From Octopus bimaculoides (Eukaryota): a stretch of 34,726 bases of DNA. The stretch is from the NCBI RefSeq assembly GCF_001194135.2, contig NC_068982.1, positions 86,590,092-86,624,817 of the forward strand, given 5' to 3'. Below the pieces are notes generated by a model, which worked only from the letters and a program-made list of their open reading frames with translations, was not told where the DNA came from and searched no databases. The position numbers and the translations under genes are program-made. Positions 1 to 10,774 of this stretch are shown piece by piece; position 1 is the first letter of the stretch, and every line of letters starts with the position of its first letter.

Positions 1-397
1 ACAGAGGTTTATCCTTGGCTAGATATTTCTCCTGCAGCTGTCTCACTAGAAATATGGCATCAGTGGTGCTTTTACCTGGCACGAACCCAAACTGCATCTC
101 ATCTAAATTGATTTGCTCCCTAATTAGTTGGGCTATGACCCTCTCCGTAACTTTCATAACCTGATCTAACAGCTTGATGCCTCTGTAATTATTAGTATCT
201 AAAACGTCACCTTTACCTTTGTAGCAGTTTACTATGGTGCTGCTACACCAGTCATTGGGTATGACTCCTTCGTGTATTACCTGGTTCGTAATACGGGTGA
301 CTAGGCTGTAGCCAACACTGCCAGATATTTTGAGCATCTCTGCAGTGATTCCTGATGGGCCGGGGGCTTTCCCTGTCTTCATATTCTTAATTGCTTT
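1..397 (-). mobile_element. RTE-clade LINE ORF2 fragment (RT N-terminal region), antisense within the last intron of the SPEF1-like gene; continues off the window's left edge
   Basis: Minus-strand translation reads KAIKNMKTGKAPGPSGITAEMLK...NYRGIKLLDQVMKV.ERVIAQLIRE.INLDEMQFGFVPGKSTTDAIFLVRQLQEKYLAKDKPL, typical RTE RT domains 0-2. The same family recurs at 28300-28408. Confidence 0.9.
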
Positions 398-537
398 ACA
401 CAAAAATGTAGCATTGGAATTAAATCCTTCCACGAGCAAAATAATTGTATAAAGGCACTTTCATTATTTGGGATGCATACCAAAAGCTATTAAACAGATT
501 TCAATCCGGTATAAACTACTTGTTTTTGTATTTTCAG

Positions 538-630
538 ATTCTACAAGAAAAGATTCAACGTTTAGAATATCTAAATCATCTGAAAGATTTGAAAATTAAT
601 GATCTTCAGAAACGTCTTTCTGAAATCTGA
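538..630 (+). CDS. SPEF1: Terminal coding exon of a SPEF1/CLAMP-like (sperm flagellar protein 1) gene, C-terminal coiled coil
   Basis: Polypyrimidine tract plus AG acceptor (ttgtttttgtattttcag, ends at 537), phase 0, ILQEKIQRLEYLNHLKDLKINDLQKRLSEI then TGA at 628-630. It resembles the recalled vertebrate SPEF1 C-terminus (VLQMKVRRLEHLLQLKNVRIEDLSRRLQ). AATAAA follows at 635-640. Upstream exons lie outside the window. Confidence 0.72.
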   Translation: MLQEKIQRLEYLNHLKDLKINDLQKRLSEI

Positions 631-634
631 CTGA

Positions 635-640
635 AATAAA
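635..640 (+). terminator. Candidate polyadenylation signal AATAAA of the SPEF1-like gene
   Basis: AATAAA 4 nt after the stop codon. It may not be the site used, since the downstream region is very AT-rich. Confidence 0.35.
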
Positions 641-3600
641 TTTATACTCTTATAAAATACTATTGTCTCAAAACTACTGAAGGAAAACTAATAAAATCAC
701 TGGTATTTGATATTGTTACTGTATTATAAAACTACTGCCAGCTATCAAATGTAAACACAAACAACCAGTTTATGAGTTTTAACAAGGATATAATGATACC
801 TGTTGCATTTATTTTCTTTCATCAAAAGTATTGTTGAACCTAATTTTAGTTCTCTTTATGTCTCACTTTTTTTAAAATATTAATTTAAAATTTCATATTT
901 AAATATCAATAGATTATGCATTTTTAGTAATTTTCAAATTCTTTTAAAAACACAAATTGGAAATGATATGAGCAACATGAAAATGTTCAAATGATATTTG
1001 AAGCAATAAAATATTGCAAACACATGCTAGGTATAAAATCTGAATCTCTAAATTCAGCAATGGAAAAACATTGTCCAGTGATGCCTACAGTACTGGTCAA
1101 AAGTTTGAATATACTGATAAAAATATGGTTTTACTAATGATGTTTTACTAATGATGTAGATAACAAAGGGGAACAGTGAGTGTATTTTATAATTGACTAA
1201 GTAGATAATTTGAAAATATGCAAAAATACAAATATCAATATTATACATTTCAATACTTGGTGTGATGCTCCTTTGCTTTTAATACATCTGCATTATAGTC
1301 AGAATACTTTCAATTAAATTTTTAGTAGTAATCTGGTGTTATTGCTTATGTCCAAAATCTCTTAAATCAATATTGATACCTGCAATTTTCTTTTTTTTAA
1401 TGATCCATGTATTTTCTAACCAGTTCAAAGTTAGCTGATGATAATCTTTTATATAATAATGTAATATCAAATCTAAACTAGTCTTTCATACGTTTTTCAG
1501 AATGTCACAGTGCACTATTTGTTAGAATATAGTGCAGTTATGGATGGTCATATGAGTAAGTAACTTCTTCAAAGTGTCCAGGTGGGTTTTAGAGTTTATA
1601 ATTGTACAGTGAGACAAATACCAGCTTTTTCACTTGAGAAATGAACATTGCTTAACTCTTGCTAGTGTATACCTGAGATTGCACCTTGAGTTTGATGGGC
1701 AGCAAATGAAAGATACATTAAATGCAAATTGTTAATGAATGTTTTGTTACTGAAGTTAGTTCTTCTTAATTCAACTTTTATGATTCCTATAAAATTGCAG
1801 ATGATCCTGGATGTTTTACTATGAAAGTCTTTTTTGTTTTTCTGTTAGCCATTTTTTTGACACGATTAAGTCTTTCTTCAATTAATGTCTTATTGCCTTA
1901 GTGGTATTTTTTTGCTGTTGTTGACAATTGTACATGGATGTCTTTACTAGAAATCAGTAGGGATGCAACACAAAGATGGTGAAGTGGGTTGTGACACAAG
2001 GTCTACCTAATTTACCAAATGATTTGTAATCACTATCTGATGAAATTAAGATAAAGCTTTCTGCTAAGAAAGGCAGTTAGCTGAGTTGATAACTTTCTCC
2101 ACATGAATTCATTTCCATGTAAAGCAACAATTTAACTTCATTCCATATCTTGCGATATCTTAGATGATAGGCAAAATTATAAATCAGTATTTCATAATTC
2201 ATATATCATAAAACAATATAAACTGATTTTTAACTTAAAAATATCTAGCAGGTAATTAGATTTTTCTTCATATAAATGTATATTTAGAAAATACTAAATT
2301 TCACTTTTGTATTCAAATTTTAAACCAGCACCTAAGCTTTTGCAGTAATGAGTCAATAAATCATGGTGAATGTAATGAGATAACCCTACTGAAGCCTTCC
2401 TAGTCCTCAGTTATATGAATTGTAATTCATGAACCTAAGGACTGGTTTAAACAATATTAAATAAATTCACTGATTATCTTGTATGACATCAATAATTTAA
2501 TGTAATTACCTGTTTTGATTATTGTGCCTTATATTAAAGTAAAAACCATTTATGGTTTGTGTGAAATTTGTTATTGTCTTAAATAACAAGTACTGGAAAA
2601 AAAATAAACATTTTCAGAAAAAAATATTTGGAATTGCTTTCTATTTTTAAAAATTATTATTGAGTGTTCATGACTGTGTGGTCAGATATAATTTGTGTTC
2701 AGATTGAACATCTGTAGATTAATGCTAGTGGGAAAGTGTAGAGAAAGGATTTAAGAGGGATAGGATGAATTAGGCAATGTAATGAGTGCAAGGTTTGTGT
2801 GGAAGAGAGACAGGTGCATTGGGTGGAATTGGTATGCAGCTTGCTAGTTCAACAAACAGAAATCATAATAATAGACAAGACAGGTAGAAAGCAAAATGTG
2901 AGTAAATGGTCATAATGTGCTGCATGAGTGAATGTTTGCCAACCAGCTCCAGAGCTAATCTATGCAGTCTAGCATGTGTGTGTAGCAGTAGTATAATGTA
3001 CATCATACTTATACTTTATAAAAGGTCAGCAACTGATGAGTGCTGAAGTATTATTTGAACCACAAAATGATGCTTCATCACTGAGATGCTGAGATATGTG
3101 GCTGCAGTTATGTGAGATGCAGTTTTAGATATGAAACTGAGAATCTGTGAAGTTAACATCAATAATAATTTTAAGGGTTTTAATCATGTTTGTGAATAGG
3201 ATTGGTGTAGTGCTGTATGATTGTTTCTTTGGCGTGTGTAATGGTTGTGTCTTGATACAATTAAAAGGGACTGAATTGGCACAGCAGAATGTTGATCTCT
3301 GTTGATGGAAAAAGTTCAAGTTTGGTATAAAGTCCCTCAGATACATCTAGATGATGCTTATATGTAGAAAGTTGAAGAGGAATGAAAGGTGATCTCATTT
3401 GTAGATAATGTGTATTTTAAGATTGAAAGCGAGTTTATTTTTAATATACAGAAGGGTGAGTGTGAGAGACATAAGCAATCTGTAAGTGATAGAATGTGGG
3501 ATAGAAAGAACTTTTGATGGGAGATCTAATCTGAAAGGTGGATAAATCACATAGGCAGACAAATTTACTTGAGATTCTTGAACCAGTCAAAAATGTTATT

Positions 3601-3779
3601 ATCATACATTGTTTTCATCAAAATTCTTGAGGGTACTGTAGAAAATTTGAGGGCATTTGACTCTTGTTGCTAGGAGAGAGAATGATTACATAAGGGAAAC
3701 AAATTATTATAAATGCTTCTGAAACTGATGATAGGAATAGATAGTAAAAGGCATTACTGTCTGATGCTCAAACAATTCT

Positions 3780-3900
3780 ATTTTATCATTTCTCCACGAC
3801 CATGAAAGGTAAGGTTGACTTCAGTGGCTATTGAGCTCAGACTGCAGATAGCCAGAACAAATAACACAATGCATTATTGCTTCAAACTCTAACAATTCAA
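3780..3900 (-). mobile_element. Degenerate tRNA-derived SINE head remnant
   Basis: catgaaaggtaaggttgacttcagtggctattgagctcagactgcagatagccagaacaaataacacaatgcatt resembles the antisense of a recalled cephalopod SINE head. Heavily decayed. Confidence 0.4.
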
Positions 3901-4510
3901 CTCAAGACATTGAAAGGATGAAAAATAATGTTGAGTTCAGCAGGAACTGAAGTACTTTTTCTGTTTTTATCAATTTCTTTTCTACTAGTCTTGGATTCTA
4001 AAAGCAGATATATTTGCATTGCATACTTGATGAAATAGTTAATGGAAATAATTTACTCTTTGCTTTTATGTGATTATCTGAAGATGGGTATAGAATAGAA
4101 AAGCTAATTTCAAGCATTCAAAATGAACAATTCCAAGTTTGGAACTCAGTGACCATACTATTTAATTGTTTTGGTATACTATTTTTTCTTGCTCCACCTT
4201 GTAAAGTATGATTGCAGTGATCAGATAAGTTTTTAACTACATTACTCAATATGTTCAACACAACAGTCAAATCACTCTCAATAAACTGCTTATTGGCTTG
4301 AAGTTTGAGATTTTTGGACTGCATTCCTCATAATGAATGCATAAGGGAACTATCTGAATACTGATAAAAGGATTCTATCATCTGCCTTCATACCACAGAT
4401 ATACTTAAGTTACTCAATACTAATAATAATCCAGTTCTATATTTAAGAGATGAGGAATTATGTACATTATTTACTTTTGACGGATATTTGTCTTTATCTT
4501 GTTTGTTGTT

Positions 4511-4550
4511 AATACAACATTTCAGCTTCATCAAGCCTTCATCAGGTGTC
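4511..4550 (-). ncRNA. Minimal type I hammerhead ribozyme-like motif (Penelope type), left arm
   Basis: Minus strand reads gacac CTGATGA aggct-tgatga-agct GAAA tgtt gtatt: core CUGAUGA and GAAA intact, 4-bp stem II, stem I gacac/gtatt with one mismatch, and a short stem III that would need dimeric pairing. Confidence 0.55.
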
Positions 4551-4723
4551 TTGGGGGAATTTCAAACCTGGGTTCTCATTCCTAAGGTGTATTTCGATGT
4601 TATTATTATTCTTATTCAGGTCACTGCTTGGAATCGAACTTGGAATCTTGGAGCTAGTAACCCATGCTCTTAATCACTGTCATATGCCCACGGAATGAGA
4701 ACCCAGGCTCGAAATTTCCCCAA

Positions 4724-4769
4724 GACACCTGATGAAGGCTGGCGAGTATATCAGCCAAAATGTTGTGTT
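4724..4769 (+). ncRNA. Minimal type I hammerhead ribozyme-like motif, right arm, with a core mutation
   Basis: gacac CTGATGA aggctg-gcgagtatat-cagcc aAAA tgtt gtgtt. Stem I (gacac/gtgtt) and stem II (ggctg/cagcc) pair well. GAAA has become AAAA, consistent with CpG decay of ccgaaacg. Confidence 0.5.
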
Positions 4770-5349
4770 AACAAGAAACAAGATGAGGACAAATATCCAT
4801 CAAATGTAAATAATAATAATGTCTCTTCATCTCACATAAGAAAATGTTTTAAATTCAATATTAATTATTTTTCTCCCTCAAGCAGTATTTTCTAGTTCTA
4901 AGTGGATTTTTTCTATTAACCTTTCAGAGACTTACTGACTCCCATCTCTATTTTTTTTTATCACCTTTCTCCTATTTTCGTTACATTCCCTCAAATTGAA
5001 ACTCATCATTACCCATGCCTCCATTCGTGTTCACCATTCACTGCTTTCACTTTTATCCTCGTTTCTACTGTCTGACACTCTTCATTCACATTTTTGCAAA
5101 CCTACCTGTCCATTCAGCCATCTTTAATTCTCTGACTGTATTCTCTCTCTATCCACATTCTTGTACCTTGAAGATATGCCCTGATACCTCATTTCTGCCA
5201 TCCTTTCTCCATTTCCTCCTAGGGTAGCCATGTATCCCTTCTACAGCAAGATACTGTTCCTGTCCCTCTTTCCTAATTTAGCCTCTCTACACCTAGCATA
5301 AAGCACTTCCCTCAATATTGCATCCCCACTTTGTGCAGAGGTTTTGTTT

Positions 5350-5560
5350 GTGAGTTACTTGGTGACCTCACTAGTGTTCATGCCATGAAAAAGTGTCTAA
5401 TGCACTCCGTAATGTAGTTAGCATTAGGAAAGGCAGCCAGTTGAAGAAAAATTACCAAAACAGATGTTGGAGACCAATGCAGCTCTCAGACATTGGATCC
5501 TATCAAACCATCCGACTCATGCCTGCATGGAATATGGATGCTAAATGATGATGATGATGT
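5350..5560 (+). mobile_element. Degenerate SINE/RTE-type 3' tail ending in (GAT)n
   Basis: gcattaggaaaggcagccagttgaagaaa...tcaaaccatccgactcatgcctgcatggaatatggatgctaaatgatgatgatgatg matches the tails at 14657-14828 and 26522-26700. Confidence 0.7.
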
Positions 5561-6694
5561 TATTTCTGAGAAAATTGTCAGTTGGCATTTAATATCTATG
5601 ATATTTTATGATCACATATAATAAATAATTGGTTATCAGAGAACTAATATGAAGATTTTGTGATTCAATAAATTTACTGGAGTGGTTTCATGTTCTCTTC
5701 TGGCCAACGGAAGGATTTGAATGAAGCACTGCAAGTTTATCAACTACTTGTTTGTATTTCAACTTCTTTGGAATTTTTTTCTACTTAGTCTGAAGTGAAA
5801 TGACCTCACTGATGATAGTATTCAGGGCTTCAATGACTGGTGTGAGGAAGGGAAGAAGTTATCCTTAGATGAAAATTTCAATTAAAAACATGCAATACAG
5901 TGGACACTGCTAAGAGCATCTAAGGAACAGCTTACATTGTTAAACCCAGATAATAGATTAAATCTACTATATAAAAATAGATGCATTCCCTTGATTGGGC
6001 TTCCATACAATATCCATCTGCCAAATTTCACCTGCAAAGTTTCTCAAAACAGCCATGCTTGCATCAATGCTCACAACATCAGGTTTCCTATTTTGAATTA
6101 TGTCGACTCCTTAAATATAAAATAGCTTTACCAGGAATACTGTATTGCACTACTAATGGAATTTGGATTGTCAGCCACACAGTTAGTTACACACTTGGGT
6201 AAAGAAAACTTGTACAAAAATAATATTTACAGGATTCTTTTGAAAGCCATAACTGAATGCATCAGCATAGACAAACAAACATTTTAGGTTTTCTTTTGTT
6301 ACTATTTTCCTTTTCTTTTTGAAAGGCCATCTTATAACTAGGTTATTCTCCTACCTAATTTTCTGCCAAGTAGACTAAGATAGTCAGCAGACCTGAACTA
6401 CATACATACTGGATTTCTGAAGATAATCAAAATTATGCATTACAATCAATAATACAGCACCGCATTATACAATGTAATATGAACCTGTCTGTTTTGATTT
6501 GAGAGATTAGAATTTTATTGAATCATTACATATTTTTGCTTTTTATAGATAATATACAGTTTGTTTCTAATTTGCAAATTTCTTTACTTGGAAAGACCTG
6601 TTAGTTGATTTCATATAAATCAGCAAAATTACAAAAATTTTTCTTTAAGTGAAATTTTCACAAGATCAGGATGTCATTTGTTTAATTGAATGTA

Positions 6695-6700
6695 TTTATT
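6695..6700 (-). terminator. Candidate polyadenylation signal of the i-type lysozyme gene
   Basis: tttatt on the plus strand is AATAAA on the minus strand, 30 nt downstream of the TAA stop. Confidence 0.45.
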
Positions 6701-6730
6701 TGGTTTTAATTATACTGAAATTTCTTTTCA

Positions 6731-6924
6731 TTAACTCTCTGAACATTTATTTACTCTCAGAGCAAATAGTAAAGTGTTTGGATTAGCACAACCTGATGGA
6801 CCGCCAAAGTGCAACCGAGCAAAGTTAAGGCAATTTGGTTGAACACAGTTGTTAATATATTTATTCATGTAATTTTGGACGCACAAGGTAGAACAATATT
6901 TATCTTTTGTACATTGCTGCCAAC
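6731..6924 (-). CDS. Terminal coding exon of an invertebrate (i-type) lysozyme / destabilase-like gene
   Basis: Acceptor tatttttcag at 6925, phase 1. Encodes WQQCTKDKYCSTLCVQNYMNKYINNCVQPNCLNFARLHFGGPSGCANPNTLLFALRVNKCSES then TAA. Matches i-type motifs W..C..D..C...CV..YM.RY and ARxHNGGP.GC. Confidence 0.92.
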
Positions 6925-8414
6925 CTGAAAAATATAACATGAAAAATATCTGTATTATCTTTTTTCTATTTTACTTTTGTAATATCTCTAGAATAGGTTT
7001 ATTACAATGTGTAAAATATCTGGAACTATTATGGATCATGTTAGTGTGAGTTGTTCTGTAGCTGTTGGCATCCAACATTGCCATGTTCTTGTCAATCTTA
7101 TTTCCCACTCCTATCTCTCAGGAAATTGTAACTTAGACACTATAAATTACTTTGTGAGAACTATTTTTTACAGAAATTTCTTTGATATTTCATTTTCAGA
7201 AGAAATGAAAAAGCATTTATCAATTACTAAGTCAAATAAAAAATAATTATTCCACACTTCTTAAACACATTGTACACTCAGAAAACTCATTATACGATAA
7301 CTACTCATTTATAAGATAAGGCAAACTGAGAAATAAAGTTATATTTTTTGTTTGGTTTCAACTGGTGGAAGTGGCTCTTCCAGTGACTTTTGCTGGCCTC
7401 TGAGATCAGTAAAATTAATGTAGCTGCACTAGCTGCAAGAAAAACATGTGCAGAGAAATACTTCCTGAAGAACTAGCAGTAGTGATAGAGCAGGGTCAGG
7501 AAGTAGATACAATATAAATGACAAGAAGAAAAGAGACAAGTGAATTGGGGGTGAAGATGACATAAGGTCAACCATTTCCAAGAAGTGGATACCACTAAAG
7601 CAGCAGCTGAAAAGACAGAGAGAAGAGACAATACTTTTGTGTGCAACACCTTAGCCTCAAATCAGCCAAAAGTTTGTAAGTGAAATTTGATACTTGGAAA
7701 ATGTGGGAACCCATCTTGTTTTTTGGGGTGGTAAACTTGATCCATTGCTGGATTCATCACTGCTATCTACCCTTATGCTGCTTCTGGTAGACCAGATTTC
7801 TGGTCTGAGTATAAATTCTTGTCTCAGAAGCCCTGAGAGGGGCTTATAGATGCTGATCTTATGACTAAAACATAAAAAAAAAATTCTGAGCATTTCTCTC
7901 TCATGCCTCTTCCCTATGGATCTGCTCAAGTAGAGTTGATCAGAGTTACTAAAAATTAAACTCAATAATTGCAACATTAATTGCACTAATGATCACAATG
8001 TAGCCCTGTTTTCATATGACTAACATCTTTTGTAATATTCTGTTCTGTTATTCAAGTCAAAAATTAATACTTTTCCATAATTCTATGTTAGCTTCAATAT
8101 TCATTTGAAAAAAAACTAGCATCATTGTTTAGAAGTTTCTGTTGGGCTAATTGGTTTACCTCTTTTCGTTCAGCAAGAGTGATATGGGAGCATCTCTAAC
8201 TGGTCTTTAAAGACTACTTGATTTTCCACAATGTTTTCCAAAATTGTGTGTGTGTGTGTATAACATCATCACTATCATCATATAATGTCCATGTTGCATA
8301 TCCTATCAAACTGTTCAACCCATGCCAACATGGAAGATGTTGGCATGGGTTGGATGGTTTGACAGGATCTGATGAATCCAAGGATAGCATCATACTCCAA
8401 TGTCTGCTTTGGCA

Positions 8415-9841
8415 TCAATATCTATAAAAGAGAGGATGTTTGTGTGTGTGTGTGTGTACGTGAATGTGGTTTATGCACGTCCACAAATTAGCACGCATGT
8501 CACTCCAATTTTAGGAGAAGATTCAGAATGACCCTATGTGCATTTTAGTGAACTTTCTCTCTCAGAGGTACCCGCATATACCTGTAAAAATCGATAAACT
8601 TTTACCAATTTTGAAGTTTGTTGACATGGCGAAGTCAAATCTGTGCGTACGCGCGTGAAAGAGAGAGAGAGAGAGAAAGAAAGAAAGAAAGAAATAGTGT
8701 GTTTGTGACAGGGGGTGGGGGAGNNNNNNNNNNNNNNNNNNNNNNNNNNNNNNNNNNNNNNNNNNNNNNNNNNNNNNNNNNNNNNNNNNNNNNNNNNNNN
8801 NNNNNNNNNNNNNNNNNNNNNNNNNNNNNNNNNNNNNNNNNNNNNNNNNNNNNNNNNNNNNNNNNNNNNNNNNNNNNNNNNNNNNNNNNNNNNNNNNNNN
8901 NNNNNNNNNNNNNNNNNNNNNNNNNNNNNNNNNNNNNNNNNNNNNNNNNNNNNNNNNNNNNNNNNNNNNNNNNNNNNNNNNNNNNNNNNNNTATTAGGAA
9001 TGAAAATGTAGCTAAGACAGAGTAAGTGTAAAATGTAAAAGGCATTTTTTTTCTTAAACATGAGATATAGTTTAAAATATACGATGTTTTTGAAAGACAC
9101 TATATTCTATAATGAGATTATATATACTTTCTCACACAGCAATTCAAATATATTTATTTTAAATCATTTATTTGTTTTAAATCGTTCATCTTTCTCCCAC
9201 CTCTCACTCTCACACACACGCACATATACTACTTTGGGAGCGAAATAGTTTTGTTTATATTTCACAACTATGAAACAAAAATGTAACAATTTGTCAATCC
9301 CCCCCACAACCCGTTTTTCTGACCACAAAAAGGGTTTGGTAATTTTTCAGATTAACACCCGAACGATTTCCACTAGGGCGTTACGGTTAGGGTTAGGATT
9401 AGGGTTAAGGTCAGTGTTAGGGTTAGGGTTAGGATTAGGGTTAAGGTCAGGGTTAGGGTTAGGATTAGGGTTGGTGTTAGGGTTACGGTTAGAGTTAACC
9501 TAGAAGGGACAGGCCCCTTATTTTTTGGTTAAGGCTGTTGGTAAGTTTTCCTAAGTTACTCCAATTCACATCCCCAATGCAAACCTTCAGATCAACCTTT
9601 TCCTATGCAGATCTCTAATGCAACTTTAAAAAAAGAACAGTCAATGCGTGGAAATAACCAATAAACTGATTCCTTATGGGATTTCCCAATCAAATTGCCA
9701 GCAAACCATTTTCAGCCAAACCAATTTCAACGGATTTCGCTCAAATCTGATGTCCATGTTACTTATTTTGGTTTGAAATAAAGCACTTGATCACTTAATA
9801 ATCCTAGCTTAATCTCGTGCAGTGCCGGGCTAAACTGCTAG
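8415..9841 (+). mobile_element. Non-autonomous Helitron-like element with microsatellites and an interstitial telomere-like array
   Basis: Starts with TC (tcaatatctataaaagag), ends with an imperfect GC hairpin (ctcgtgcagtgccgggc) plus CTAG at 9838-9841, and sits between host A8414 and T9842 with no target-site duplication. Internal (GT)n, (GA)n/(GAAA)n and an N gap. Confidence 0.8.
9374..9498 (+). repeat. Degenerate (TTAGGG)n / (GGGTTA)n telomere-like array, about 20 hexamers, with higher-order repetition
   Basis: ggttagggttaggattagggttaaggtcagtgttagggttagggttaggattagggttaaggtcagggttagggttaggattaggg. Variant hexamers GGATTA and AGGTCA recur in the same order. Confidence 0.92.
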
Positions 9842-10774
9842 TAGTTTCTATGGCTGAATGCTCTTTCTAAATGCCAACTACTTTACAGTGTGTACTGGGT
9901 GCTTTTTTCATGTCACCACCATTATTGAGGTCACCATGCAGCTTGCAAGTCTACAAAATCCAAGGAGGGAGTAGGGGGTCCATCCTTATGCTTAATGCAA
10001 CTCACCACTTGGAAGGGGTTGGTGTAGGGTAAATTTTTGTTGTAGAGGAGCTACATAGTTACACAGATCTAGGGAAGAAAGTGAAAATGAATCAGTAGTA
10101 GCTACAAAGAGATAGATAGTGGTGATGAGTTGTCCAGGTGGCACATCAAGACACAAGGTGAGTAGAAATGAGTGGGAACAGAAAAACTAGGAGTGTGTAT
10201 AGGTTAGGGTTTGCAAGAGTGTATGGAACTGGTGGCAAGAGACAGGGCAAATGAGAGAGAAGTAGGTAGCATCTGATTAGGGTGGGTTAAAGGGTGGATA
10301 TGAGTGTGAAGATGGCCAGTAGTTCATGAGTTGGGAGAGATAGAGGGATGCTAACAACAGGATAGTAATGATGATACAGTTGACATAGAGAGGACAAGAG
10401 AGAGATAATGTGGTTGGATAGGCTACAAAGGAGGAGGAGAGAGAAAGAGAAAGGCTCTGTGCATGAGGTAAGATAAATTGGTGGCTTAGTAAGAGAAGAA
10501 GATAGGGAGGGATGACCAATGTAACATGTGAATGCAGAGAACAATATTAATGGATGATGAATGGCTAACAAGTGCAATGGCTCTGGATAGCAAAAAGAAA
10601 AGGCAGTTTCAGGAGATAGTGGTGAGCTGTGGTAGGAGAAATGTGAGGGAGAGGATTATCGAGAAAGGTGCCTGTTTGTGCATGCACACAACAAATACAC
10701 ATATAATATATACACACACACACACACACAGTGCTTCCAGAAGTTAGTTTCACCACAATTGGTGGGTTTTCTCA

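Larger units (their letters stand above)
4447..4833 (-). mobile_element. tRNA-headed SINE-like element with a Penelope-type tail, flanked by an inverted copy of that tail
   Basis: Inverted repeat arms 4447-4582 and 4692-4833. The central minus-strand segment 4617-4689 is tRNA-like, with an A-box-like tgacagtgattaag and a B-box agttcgattcc (4630-4640). Both arms contain gacacCTGATGAaggct...(G/A)AAAtgttgt. Confidence 0.7.
8264..9960 (-). mobile_element. Old SINE (RTE-type tail) split in two (8264-8414 and 9842-9960) by a Helitron insertion
   Basis: Joining the flanks gives ctccaatgtctgctttggca|tagtttctatggctgaatgctctttctaaatgccaac. This is colinear with the uninterrupted related sequence ctccaatctaatttggcagagtttctacagctggatgcccttcctaacgccaac at about 34540-34591. 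Confidence 0.75.

Noticed and set aside
445-537. N-terminal part of the 61-aa ORF 445-630
   Set aside because: It is intronic read-through upstream of a clear acceptor at 537. Only 538-630 resembles SPEF1.
1501-1555. Exon-like cassette (tttttcag|...|gtaagt) with an open frame NVTVHYLLEYSAVMDGHM
   Set aside because: It lies downstream of the SPEF1-like stop, has no recognisable homology and no partner exon. Such signals arise by chance in AT-rich DNA.
1821-1901. Short ORF resembling a signal peptide (MKVFFVFLLAIFLTRLSLSSINVLLP)
   Set aside because: It stops after 26 codons, has no donor site, and its hydrophobicity follows from T-richness.
3000-3600. Possible ancient CR1/L2-like LINE relic on the minus strand (ORF 3125-3346)
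   Set aside because: Only a vague resemblance to the YLG...L.F..H motif; it cannot be supported without a profile search.
7350-7986. 109-aa minus ORF and nearby open stretches as candidate extra lysozyme exons
   Set aside because: No lysozyme motifs, and the exons at 31421-31310 and 6924-6731 already join without missing residues.
9270-9503. ORF with LGLGLGLR repeats
   Set aside because: It is a translation of the telomere-like array.
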